Shown: in pieces, positions 1-9,555 of the stretch
Layout of the letters: each line of letters begins with the position of its first letter
How positions within the stretch are numbered: the first letter of the stretch is position 1
Assembly (NCBI GenBank): GCA_012862495.1
Contig: BLSG01000115.1
Span: 61,508-81,507 of the forward strand
Reading direction: 5' to 3'
From: Thraustochytrium aureum
Lineage: Eukaryota
DNA: 20,000 nt
Made by a program: the position numbers and the translations under genes
The notes under the pieces: model-generated
What the model was told of the DNA's origin: nothing
Database searches by the model: none
Seen by the model: only the letters and a program-made list of their open reading frames with translations

Positions 1-1330
1 ACAGCGTCAGCAACCGTCCAGGCCTCGCGTGGAATCAGCCTCTCGCCGCCAGGGATGCAGACTGGACTGAACAGCTCGCTCGTCGCGCTCGCAGCTAGGC
101 GTGCAGCGGCGCGCCCCAGAGGACAGACCAGCGCAGGAACGGCCGCCGTAGCGCCCTGCAAGGCGCCTTGCTCGCTGTTGCTTTCCTCGCCAGACTCGGC
201 CCAGTCACTTGCCTCCTGCAGCAAGTGTCCTGCGGTGCCCTTCGCAGGCCGTTGGCCTTCAGTTTCCGCGCTGAGCGCCGCCTGGCACTTGGCCGCGAGC
301 TCGCCGCACCTCTTGTATACGAGGATCGCGCTCTGCTCGGCCGCCGTCGGGTCAGGATCGTGCGTCTGAGCGACGCACCCGAAGGATCCAGGCGTCGCAA
401 AGAGGCCTTGCATGGGGCCGCAGGGGCGAGACAGCACAAGTGCTTGCGCTCTGGCCCGGCTGCGTCTTGTGGGTGCCGCCGGCACGCCTTGCCAGTTGAC
501 CCGTCAAAGGCCTGGCCGCACCTCGCACAGCGGAACAGCTGGTTGACGCCCCAAAACGCCCACAGGAGATGCTCCCACGCAAGCCGGTGGTCGCGCCGCG
601 CAGGCACAATAAATGTGTCGACCAAGTCCCAACGCGCTTGCGGAACGTGCGCTCTGCGAAGCCTGCCCCGAAAGTCCACGGCCGGCTTGGCCGCGCCACA
701 CTGTAGAACGCTCTCCCACTTCCGGTTGTACATCCGCCGGCACAATTGGCAGCTGGCCAGGCTGCCGTCTATGTGCTCCAAAAGCTCCTCTAGCTTGGCT
801 CTGCAAAGGCGTCCCAGAATCTTATCTGAAGGGTCCACGACGTCGGCCAGCGCCTCGGGTGACAGGCCATCCGCTATGAGGCGCAGTAGGTCGTCCTCAA
901 TGCAGGCCAGATCGATGGGGAGCGACACGATCTCGTTCAGGCGGGACCCGACGAACTGCGCGGCTTGGGGGACCAGGTGCCGCATGCCCAAAAAGTTGGA
1001 CGCGATCAGTACGGAGACGGCAGACCGCGGCTTGAGGTCTGGCTTTCGGTCTGGCTCGCGGACGTACATCATGAGCATGTCGAAGATGTGCACGTCGCAG
1101 TGCACTGAGATGTCCACCTTGTGCAGGTCCTCGAGGTAGCTCGCAAAGTACGACATGTGCTGCACGAGCACGTCCTTGGCGCAGGAAAAGTCGCGCGTGA
1201 TCCCGCGCAGCTCGTCACGGACGTGAATCACAATCTGCTTGCTTCGCCGTGCGGAGCCGGCGACCGGCGACCGCGCAGGCGACTTTGGGTTCTTCGCTTT
1301 CACGGCGCCCGGTCGCAACTGGCTGGCCAT
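1..1330 (-). CDS. SANBR: SANBR/KIAA1841-like (DUF3342, SANT/BTB) protein; probable frameshift at ~380-430 and 3' end beyond the window
   Basis: From the ATG at 1330 (MASQLRPG...) the frame reads IVIHVRDE..RDFSC.KDVLVQHMSYF, VDISVHCDVHIFDMLMMYV, SVLIASNFLGM and Cys/His clusters (CQLC, CARC, CRRHP, LCC), which I recognise as KIAA1841-type. After LCC the ORF-track frame becomes Arg/Ser-rich, while another frame reads FGCVAQTHDPDP... and stays open to base 1. Confidence 0.85.
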
Positions 1331-2091
1331 CGATGCCGCGGGCTGCCTGCTAGCGTCTTTCAAGGTGTTGCTCAGAGGCGATGCCGACTGCTCGGGCAGG
1401 GGCGTTCTCGCGGTGGCGGCCTGGTTGGCGTTGGTGTCGTCGCCGCGTTCACTTTGGGCTTGCTGGCCGCCAGCGGCCTCGGCTCGGGCTCGCTGCGCTT
1501 CGCGAAGCCTCCGGCGCGGCTCGCTCTCCGCCCACTGTTGCTGCTCGTTCTGGCGTGGTGGCCTGGAGGTCGTTGACCCAGAGAGCCATTGCCGTTGCTG
1601 GAGGATGGTGCCTGCTCGCACCACTTCACCACCGCGTATTGGCATTCCCCGCCGTGATGGCGCCGCTCGCAGCCGCCGTCGCGCGTGGCAGGCAGCGCGC
1701 CCGCCGGCGCTGCAGCTCCAGCGTCTGCGTTGCCTGGGACAGTTGCTCTGTTGTTGCAAGTGAGTAGTACTCAGTACCGGTGGTGGCAACAATTTCTCTA
1801 TGCCGCTCGTCGATCAATCGAACTTGGAAAAAAGCCTCCCGCGGCCCGCGAACCAGGCCAGGAGGCGAGCCCGCAGCTCTCACCGAGGCGCGCGGTGGGC
1901 GGTCCGCGTCGGAGCAAGGGCGCGGGAAACCCACGTTCGAGAGCTGAAAATGAGACATTTTTCCGTTTAGGGTCTTGCGAGAGACGGCCCAAGGCCGCCA
2001 GCACACTGACCGTCAGCCAGGCGCGTCTAGCTGGCAACGCAGCCGAGCTCTGCCCAAAGCAGCGCAGAAGANNNNNNNNNNNNNNNNNNNN

Positions 2092-2332
2092 CTCGACCAT
2101 GATCGGCGGCTCCTCGAAGCAATGGAGGGGCGGGGGGCTCGGACACGATCCACTCGAGCGTGAACGCGACGTTGTCGACCACAATGGCGCCGTCCTTGGT
2201 GTACTCCACCGGAGGCTGCACCCAGCCCTCGCCGCTAAAGCCGCGCACCTGCGAGGCAAGGCGGCTCTGGGCCATCACCTGCGTCTTGACCCCAACGGCC
2301 GACCGCCGCGCCACAGTCGCCAGAAACGACAT
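2092..2332 (-). CDS. cox1-c: Nucleus-encoded C-terminal fragment of cytochrome c oxidase subunit 1 (Cox1-c) with a mitochondrial targeting presequence; 1-nt frameshift at ~2141; stop codon probably in the N gap
   Basis: ATG at 2332 gives MSFLATVARRSAVGVKTQVMAQSRLASQVRGFS (Arg/Ser/Ala-rich, no acidic residues, ends in R-x-F-S), then ...AFTLEWIV. Removing one base from TCCG (2143-2140) continues S/P-SPPPLHCFEEPPIMVE, matching the Cox1 C-terminal LEW..SPPPxHxF.E.P motif. Confidence 0.85.
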
Positions 2333-2349
2333 CCTTCCCACGACCACGT

Positions 2350-2642
2350 CTACCAGCACCAGCGCCGTCCGTCCGTCAGTCAGTCAGTCAGTCTCGCTCG
2401 CTCGCTCGCACGCACGCAACCCACCCACCAACCAGCCATCCAAACACGGAGACACACACGCACGGACGCACGCACAGCCTCGCGCGAAAGCAACAAGCCG
2501 CGCCGGCGAGGGGCGGCGCGTCGGCCAGCGCCTCAGCGCGTCCACTGCCAGCGGCCCGCCTTCCTTCCTCCCCGCCAGAGAAACACGCACACACACGCAC
2601 GCGCGCGCGCTTACGCGCTCCCGCGCTCCCTCCCTCACTCAC
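2350..2642 (-). other. Predicted 5'-UTR spliceosomal intron of the cox1-c gene (293 nt)
   Basis: On the minus strand: donor CAG|GTGAGT at 2642, repeated CTGAC branch-like motifs at ~2375-2392, and acceptor TAG ending at 2350, with 17 nt between it and the ATG. The interior is filled with simple repeats. Confidence 0.6.
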
Positions 2643-2745
2643 CTGCTCCTCGCTCGCGTCCCGACTGCAACGCGCCCTGCTGCTGCTGCTGCTGCTGCTG
2701 CTCTCCACTGCTTGCCTGCCTGCCTGCCTGCCTGCCTGCTTGCTC
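2367..2745. repeat. Compound microsatellites: (GTCA)n, (CTCG)n, (CA/CG)n, (CTG)n, (CCTG)n
   Basis: Visible directly, e.g. gtcagtcagtcagtca, ctgctgctgctg at ~2677-2701 and gcctgcctgcctg at ~2714-2739. Confidence 0.9.
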
Positions 2746-2764
2746 CTCTGTGCGTGCTGCGCCT

Positions 2765-2774
2765 ACCCTAACCC
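2765..2774 (+). promoter_or_regulatory. Telo-box-like motif ACCCTAACCC upstream of cox1-c
   Basis: Interstitial telomere-type repeat, with a second degenerate copy AACCTAACC at 2787-2795. Similar motifs lie upstream of RPL35 and RACK1. Confidence 0.4.
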
Positions 2775-2837
2775 GACAGCCGCAGGAACCTAACCTGCCC
2801 TGCCGCGCTGCAGATGCGCTCGAGAGATGCACGGGGA

Positions 2838-3160
2838 GGTTTGGCCGAGAGGCAAGGGGTTGTGCCGAGAGGGGAGGCGTGGGAGGAGGGATGTGGGCGG
2901 CGGGGTTTTGACGGTGTGAGAGGAGGAGGGGTGGAAGGGGGAGTTATGCCGAGGGGAAGGGTTTTGCCGAGGAGGTGTTTGTTGGGAGGGAGAGCAAAGA
3001 CGTTTTGCGGAGTTGAGGATGAGGCGATGTTTTGCCGAGGGGGACAAAGGAGAGAATGTGGAGGGAGGTTTTGCCGGTAAAGCGTTTTGTGTGGAGGATT
3101 TTTTTAAAAAGAAGAGGTTGTGTGGCGGGGTTTATTATTTTGGGGAAGGTTTATCCGAGC
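2838..3160 (+). repeat. Degenerate dispersed motif GTTTTGCCGAG in purine-rich spacers (about 9 copies)
   Basis: Copies near 2838, 2858, 2904, 2943, 2961, 3002, 3029, 3068 and 3148. Confidence 0.65.
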
Positions 3161-3344
3161 GACAGACGCAGGCTCGGAGATTTTAAAAAGGAATAGAGGG
3201 GCATTCGGTGCGGAGACTGGGCCGGGGTTCTGGAGCTCGGGTGTTTTGGGTTGGTTTTCGTGCTTGCAGGCAGCAGGCAATTGCTCTGATGCTTGCGGGC
3301 TTGCAGCGATCTGTCGTCGCGGCCGGTTGTCCTGAGCAGCGCTG

Positions 3345-3390
3345 CGCCATCTTCGCTTTGCAGCGGCTCGCCGTCTTCGCTTTGCAGCGG
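3345..3390. repeat. 24-bp tandem repeat running into an assembly gap
   Basis: cgccatcttcgctttgcagcggct is followed by cgccgtcttcgctttgcagcgg and then the N run. Confidence 0.75.
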
Positions 3391-4114
3391 NNNNNNNNNN
3401 NNNNNNNNNNNNNNNNNNNNNNNNNNNNNNNNNNNNNNNNNNNNNNNNNNNNNNNNNNNNNNNNNNNNNNNNNNNNNNNNNNNNNNNNNNNNNNNNNNNN
3501 NNNNNNNNNNNNNNNNNNNNNNNNNNNNNNNNNNNNNNNNNNNNNNNNNNNNNNNNNNNNNNNNNNNNNNNNNNNNNNNNNNNNNNNNNNNNNNNNNNNN
3601 NNNNNNNNNNNNNNNNNNNNNNNNNNNNNNNNNNNNNNNNNNNNNNNNNNNNNNNNNNNNNNNNNNNNNNNNNNNNNNNNNNNNNNNNNNNNNNNNNNNN
3701 NNNNNNNNNNNNNNNNNNNNNNNNNNNNNNNNNNNNNNNNNNNNNNNNNNNNNNNNNNNNNNNNNNNNNNNNNNNNNNNNNNNNNNNNNNNNNNNNNNNN
3801 NNNNNNNNNNNNNNNNNNNNNNNNNNNNNNNNNNNNNNNNNNNNNNNNNNNNNNNNNNNNNNNNNNNNNNNNNNNNNNNNNNNNNNNNNNNNNNNNNNNN
3901 NNNNNNNNNNNNNNNNNNNNNNNNNNNNNNNNNNNNNNNNNNNNNNNNNNNNNNNNNNNNNNNNNNNNNNNNNNNNNNNNNNNNNNNNNNNNNNNNNNNN
4001 NNNNNNNNNNNNNNNNNNNNNNNNNNNNNNNNNNNNNNNNNNNNNNNNNNNNNNNNNNNNNNNNNNNNNNNNNNNNNNNNNNNNNNNCAAGCGCCTCGCG
4101 GTGCGCCGCGATGT

Positions 4115-4384
4115 CTACTTGAGCGGCGACTCCATCTTGCGCATCGCGGCCTTGTGCATGCGGCGCTCGCGCTCGCGCCACTGCCTCGTGGTGAAGCTCG
4201 CTTTGATGCCAAGGTCGAGGCTCGGCAGCGACTGCTTTGTCCCCAGCTCGCCGCATCCCGGGCTTAGTAGCGACCCGACAGCGCTCGCCGGGTCGTCGGC
4301 CAGGCGCAGCTTGCCGACTAAAGCGGGTATCGCGTCCAAAGTGAGCTCGCCGAGCTCGCCCAGCTCGCTGGCCGCGCTTGCCAT
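4115..4384 (-). CDS. Possible hypothetical protein (may extend into the gap through a frameshift)
   Basis: ATG at 4384 gives MASAASELGELGELTLDAIPALVGKLRLADD... with coding-like codon use. No family motif was recognised. Confidence 0.3.
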   Translation of the reverse strand: MASAASELGELGELTLDAIPALVGKLRLADDPASAVGSLLSPGCGELGTKQSLPSLDLGIKASFTTRQWRERERRMHKAAMRKMESPLK

Positions 4385-4968
4385 CTCGTTTGCGGACCGG
4401 CCAGCGCTTGTGCCCCTCTGGCACGCGCTCCGGAGGCCCTTGCCCGCACGCAAAGCGGTCCTGCTGACCTATTGCATTCCGAGCAGAATCAATCGGCTCG
4501 TCAGGATTCCGCGCCGGCCGCTTCATTCTGAATTGTGTCATGGGGTGAACAACAGAACGATGCGGCGGTGCAGCGCGGACCCAAGCAGCGGTCAGTGCAG
4601 CATTCTCAGATAGCACTTGCTGCCTCTCAGCACTCAGTGGGGAGCGCAACGCCAGGCCGCAGCGAGGGCCAGTCTCGCAGCACGCATTCCTCGAGGGTTG
4701 CGCATTTTCGTGCGTGTTGGCCTGCCGCACCAACAGCAAGCCAGCCAGCCTTGGCACTCGGTCCTCGGTGCGCGAACGCTCAATTCTACAAGAAGCTTGA
4801 AAGCGAAAAGAGTCGTCCATTGGCCTTCTTCGCCCAGTCATCGCCAGTGCGGAGCAGAAGACAGCAACCGGCGCCGCGGCGGGCTGTGCGCCAGAGCGAT
4901 CGTCACCGCCTCCAACCGCCGCAACAATCTTCACGCCCAATGCAACGCGGGAAGTTGCTCCGCATCGC

Positions 4969-5075
4969 ATCAGCAGCAGCAGCAGCATCGGAACGGAGTT
5001 CAAAATCAGAGGAGTTCAGAAGCATCAGCAGCATAACAGCAGCATCAGCAGCATAACAGCAGCGTCAGCGGCATC
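4969..5075. repeat. CAG-rich low-complexity tract with a 20-bp tandem unit (agcatcagcagcataacagc)
   Basis: Exact copies at 5021-5040 and 5041-5060, a degenerate third copy, and (CAG)n at ~4971-4987. Confidence 0.8.
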
Positions 5076-5233
5076 AAACCAGTCCCCGAGCACAAACCAG
5101 CAGCAAGACAGCCATCTCCACATCCACCACACAGCGCGAGCGCCGCGCAACCTCCACGAGCAGGAAGGAGCGCAAACCCACTCACTCACCCACCCACCCA
5201 CCCATCCTCAACGCCTCCAACGGCTCTCTCCTC

Positions 5234-5310
5234 ACCCTAACCCCAACCCTGCCCCAAACTAGGGTACTCTTCGCTCCTCTCGAGCTGCACACCTCCGCCT
5301 CTCTAACCCT
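5234..5310 (+). promoter_or_regulatory. Cluster of telo-box-like motifs upstream of RPL35
   Basis: ACCCTAACCCCAACCCT at 5234-5250, inverted CTAGGGT at 5259-5265 and CTAACCCT at 5303-5310, about 360-440 nt before the RPL35 ATG. Confidence 0.5.
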
Positions 5311-5671
5311 TGACCAGACTTGACACTCAATACTCATCCCACCTCCCGCGCGCCTCCCGCCCTTGACACTTGCTAATTAGCGGGGCAGCTGCCCCCCGCA
5401 ACGGGTGGGTGCCGCGCGCGTCGGACAGAGGGTCCAGGGGGTGTACGGGGGGAGTCTGGGTGATTGCGCGGGGTATCTCGCGGCGGGGAGATCGGCGAGT
5501 AAGGTGCGCGGTTTTGTCGGGGAAACTTGTGCGATGGATGGAGGCAAGCAAGCTAGCGAGCATGCATGCACGCAGCGGCAGAGCAGCAGCTGGAGTGGAC
5601 GAGCAGGAGCAGGAGCAGGCAGGCAGGCAGGCAGGCAGAGTAGTTGACGCGGACGAAGGACCCAGGCAGCG

Positions 5672-6288
5672 ATGTGTAAGTTGGTCGGTCGGCGTGCGTG
5701 GGCCACGAAGCCTGGCTGGCGGTCGGGCGACGATGGGAGGATTTGACGGATGGATGGGTTGGGCGATGGATGGCGGCGACCGGGTTTGTGGTCGGCACGG
5801 CCCGGATGGGGACGGGGTGGGCGGCTGGCTGACGAGGTGTGGTTTGGACAGCGAACACAACGGCCAAGGCGCACGAGCTGCGCAATCTGCCCAAGGCGGA
5901 CCTGCTCAAGCAGCTCGAGGAGCTCAAGGATGAGCTCGCGCAGCTCCGCGTTGCCAAGACCACCGGCGGCGTCGCCTCCAAGCTCGGCAAGATCCGCGTT
6001 GTGCGCAAGCAGATCGCCCGCGTTCTGACCGTGTACAACCAGACCGAGAAGGCCAAGTACCGCGAGGCTTCCAAGGGCAACAAGTTCATCAACAAAGACC
6101 TCCGCAACAAGTACACCCGTGCCATCCGCCGCCGCTTGACCAAGTCGCAGCTGTACGTCCGCGTTGAGGCGCAGCCCCTTTCTGAGAAGAGCGGCAAGCG
6201 CAGCAACAAGTTTGTGCGCCGCGCGGTGCCCCGCGTCGCCAAGCGCGCGGCCAACTTCCCGCAGCGCGTCTACGCCGTCAAGGCTTAA
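5672..6288 (+). CDS. RPL35: 60S ribosomal protein L35 (uL29); exons 5672-5675 and 5852-6288, 146 aa
   Basis: [62 protein letters not shown] and C-terminal [20 protein letters not shown] at 5672-5681, branch CTGAC at 5829-5833 and acceptor CAG ending at 5851 splice in frame to [11 protein letters not shown]. Confidence 0.97.
5676..5851 (+). other. Phase-1 GT-AG intron of RPL35 (176 nt)
   Basis: Canonical GTAAGT donor, CTGAC branch point and CAG acceptor. Splicing supplies the otherwise missing start codon in frame. Confidence 0.88.
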
Positions 6289-7537
6289 CAAGTTCGTAGT
6301 GTGACGAAGTGACTGCTCTATTCCCCGGCTCAGACATCTCAGTTCGGTTTCTTTATCTTCTTGTCACTTCCTTTCTTGATCAAGATCCGGTCAAGAAATC
6401 ATGCGCTTGCCTTCTTGCTTGCTTCCTGCCTGCCTAACTGCCTGCCCAACTGCCTGCCNNNNNNNNNNNNNNNNNNNNNNNNNNNNNNNNNNNNNNNNNN
6501 NNNNNNNNNNNNNNNNNNNNNNNNNNNNNNNNNNNNNNNNNNNNNNNNNNNNNNNNNNNNNNNNNNNNNNNNNNNNNNNNNNNNNNNNNNNNNNNNNNNN
6601 NNNNNNNNNNNNNNNNNNNNNNNNNNNNNNNNNNNNNNNNNNNNNNNNNNNNNNNNNNNNNNNNNNNNNNNNNNNNNNNNNNNNNNNNNNNNNNNNNNNN
6701 NNNNNNNNNNNNNNNNNNNNNNNNNNNNNNNNNNNNNNNNNNNNNNNNNNNNNNNNNNNNNNNNNNNNNNNNNNNNNNNNNNNNNNNNNNNNNNNNNNNN
6801 NNNNNNNNNNNNNNNNNNNNNNNNNNNNNNNNNNNNNNNNNNNNNNNNNNNNNNNNNNNNNNNNNNNNNNNNNNNNNNNNNNNNNNNNNNNNNNNNNNNN
6901 NNNNNNNNNNNNNNNNNNNNNNNNNNNNNNNNNNNNNNNNNNNNNNNNNNNNNNNNNNNNNNNNNNNNNNNNNNNNNNNNNNNNNNNNNNNNNNNNNNNN
7001 NNNNNNNNNNNNNNNNNNNNNNNNNNNNNNNNNNNNNNNNNNNNNGCGCGCACAAGCCGGCGGAGACCTTGCGCTTCCCCGTGAGGGTCCGCTGCGGGGG
7101 CCTCGGCGGGAGAGGCGGGCGCCGCGGACGCAACTCGCTCTGGGTTTCCACGAACGACTCGTTTTGTTGACAAGTTCGTAGTTTTACGCGAGTACCTAAG
7201 TGTACTAGAGTTGGGACCTTCGGGGCAGCCAGCTCTCTCGAGGTCAGATGGACCGCTGCCGCCGCAGCTGCAGCGCTCCGCAGGTTTCGCTGCGTGCGTG
7301 GCTTGGGCTCGACGCGCTCGCTTTTGCATTTGATCAAGAACGCCACGGAGGAAAGGCGCGAGCTGCCGAGGCGTCTGCCTCGCTGCCGAGGCGCCTGCCT
7401 TCCTCGCTGCGCGTTGGGCCGCTTGCCGCGCGTGTTGTTCTTGACCATGAGCACAACGGCATGCTTGCTCGTCGCTAATCGAGCTGAACAGCAAAGGGCA
7501 AGGTCTGGCAGATCGCGAACGTCATTATGTCGCCCGC

Positions 7538-9022
7538 TCAGGGGCTCGGCGCGCGCTGAGCGAGGTACTCGGTAAAGCGCTCCACAGCGTGCCAAGTCGA
7601 CTGCGCGCACGCTGAGGAGACATGGCAGTCGCAGTCGTGCGAGCCGTGAACCGGCACCAGCGCGTGTGGGACGCCACGCGAGTCGAGCTCTTCCTGCAAC
7701 CACAGCGCCTGGTCCAGAAACACAAGAGGGTCCTCGTAACCGTGGATCAATAGCGTCGGGGGCAACGGACGCCCCCCCGCCTCGCTCTCCGGCCGAGTGG
7801 CGTGGAAAATGGGCGAAAGCTCCTCGAAGCACGCCTCCTCGGTCACGGACGCCGGGCGGTGCATGCAGACATGCCGCGTCAGAGACACCCACGCCCTCGA
7901 GTGCATTCCCGCAAACGTCCAAGCACTCTCGGCACGGCGTTCAAGCGCCGACGCCCGCAGCTCGGTGACGCCGTAGTGCGAGATAACGCCGACGACAGAA
8001 GCTGGCCTGTACTTGAACGCCGCGTTGAGTGCCAAGTTGCCGCCCGCCGAAGTGCCCCAGGGAATGATGTGCGCGCCGTCGCCGCCCCAGCTGGCGGCGT
8101 GCTCCTCAACGAAAGCGATTGCGTCGCGGATGTCGTCGACCATCTCGCGCGGGTCAGACCCCGCGCAGCTAAGCCTGTACGAGACGCTGACGATCATGAA
8201 GCCCTTCTCCAAGAGCTTGTGAGGCATGCCGCCGTGGTAGTTGATGCGGATAAACGAGCGGTCGCCCTTTTTCCAGCCCCCTCCGTGGATGTGGAGCACG
8301 ATAGGCAGGTTTGCCCCCGCCACAGTCCCAGGAGGCCGATAAACGTCCAAGTCGAGGATGCCACGCAGAATAGCGGCCCGGTTTTGCAAAAAGAACGAGT
8401 CGCCGGGCAGTCCCGGCATGTCCTCGGCGTCGCAAGTGCTCGCGTTCGGGTCCATCTTGACAGTTTTGTACGTTGTGGTGATGTCGGGCTCGATGGGGCG
8501 CAGCCCGCCATGTGCGTTGAAAACGTGATCTGCGAGCGAGTACGCGCTCTGCCCACTCTCAAAGTGGCCAGGGTCGCGACTAGCGAGCGGAAAAGCCGCC
8601 TGCAGACGCGCGCTGGCCTCCAGGCCGGCCAGGTGGGCTGCCCAGCCCCTCGCGGCCCAAGCAGCGGGCGAAATAACAAACATCGCCAAGCTCAGAAAAC
8701 GCGCGAGGCGGCTGCCCGGCCCGTGACTTGGCCAAAGCACCTCGCGCTGCAGGCCCCCGACAGCCAGCAGCGTCAGCAGCGCAGCAGCCCATGTTGCTGG
8801 GGTCGAGTCGCCGTCGAAAAAGTGGCCCACGGCGCCGTACCAGGTCGGCGTATACACCTGAACAAACCTTGGCACCGCGAACGAAACAAAGTACGTGACA
8901 GGCTGCCTCGGAAGAGACCACAGCGCGTCAAAGAGCACGATCCGGACGACCAGGGCCCACCCGAACAGCCGGTGCGCCACGACCGCGAGCGCAGGCGGGC
9001 GCTCACGGCCTCTTCCCTCCAT
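7538..9022 (-). CDS. Membrane-anchored alpha/beta-hydrolase (HSL/BD-FAE-like carboxylesterase), 494 aa
   Basis: Several hydrophobic N-terminal segments, then LDVYRP, oxyanion motif HIHGGGWKKGDR, VSVSYRL, nucleophile elbow GTSAGG, acid motif LLIHGYEDPLV and His motif GSH. First ATG at 9022. Confidence 0.9.
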   Translation of the reverse strand: MEGRGRERPPALAVVAHRLFGWALVVRIVLFDALWSLPRQPVTYFVSFAVPRFVQVYTPTWYGAVGHFFDGDSTPATWAAALLTLLAVGGLQREVLWPSHGPGSRLARFLSLAMFVISPAAWAARGWAAHLAGLEASARLQAAFPLASRDPGHFESGQSAYSLADHVFNAHGGLRPIEPDITTTYKTVKMDPNASTCDAEDMPGLPGDSFFLQNRAAILRGILDLDVYRPPGTVAGANLPIVLHIHGGGWKKGDRSFIRINYHGGMPHKLLEKGFMIVSVSYRLSCAGSDPREMVDDIRDAIAFVEEHAASWGGDGAHIIPWGTSAGGNLALNAAFKYRPASVVGVISHYGVTELRASALERRAESAWTFAGMHSRAWVSLTRHVCMHRPASVTEEACFEELSPIFHATRPESEAGGRPLPPTLLIHGYEDPLVFLDQALWLQEELDSRGVPHALVPVHGSHDCDCHVSSACAQSTWHAVERFTEYLAQRAPSP

Positions 9023-9555
9023 GGTCCCCAACGACTTGCGTCAACCGGAGCGGATCCCGAGGACTGCGCAAGCCGCACGCCTGCGCCGGGAAGAGTCGGC
9101 GGTTGGCCGGCCGTGGCGCCTTGCTCAAGCTGGAAAGGCGAGTCCAGTAGCCTCGAGCTTTGATGCTCAGACTCTGCGGCGCTGGCCCAAACGAACGAGC
9201 CGCGAGTCGGACTGGCCACAGCCCGGCGCTGTACCTAGGGACCTACTTTTGAGTACTCTACCAAGTACTCCAAGTGCCGCTAAAGCGCGCCAGCCCCGAG
9301 CAGCTGCGGACCCATGGTGCACGCAGCTACACGCCAGCGCAGCAGGGCCGACGTCAGCGCCATGCAGGCTCTCGAGTCGATCGATGCGATGGCAGCACGG
9401 AGTACCAGCTGCAAGTCGTTGCCGATCACGCTGAGATCGCAAGGCGAGAAAGGTTTGGCGGGGCGGAAACGGGCGCGCTCGGCGAAAATAAGTTTCGAGA
9501 TTGGCTGGTGCGGGTGCATGGGCCTCGCGGAGAGCGCCGCTCAATCCGGTAGTGC

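Noticed and set aside
1331..1792. 154-aa N-terminal extension of the 95..1792 ORF
   Set aside because: It has a non-ATG start and low-complexity Arg/Ala/Gln composition; family similarity begins only after the ATG at 1330. An upstream ATG cannot be fully excluded.
2140..2143. Programmed frameshifting or RNA editing as the cause of the cox1-c frameshift
   Set aside because: There is no slippery heptamer, the site is ~50 nt from a gap, and similar 1-nt slips occur in other genes here, so assembly error is the simpler explanation.
4535..5056. ORFs over the CAG-rich tract (poly-Q/A/S)
   Set aside because: They stay open only because of low complexity; the 20-bp repeat period is not a multiple of three, and no domain is recognisable.
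3104..7170. Long ORFs made mostly of X, spanning the N gaps (also at 10533-10698 and 16051-16251)
   Set aside because: They are artefacts of translating through assembly gaps.
6288..7182. Identical 13-mer ACAAGTTCGTAGT at 6288-6300 and 7170-7182, each overlapping a stop codon
   Set aside because: A single 13-nt match is plausible by chance in 20 kb, and the sequence between the copies is mostly gap, so a target-site duplication or 3' element cannot be supported.
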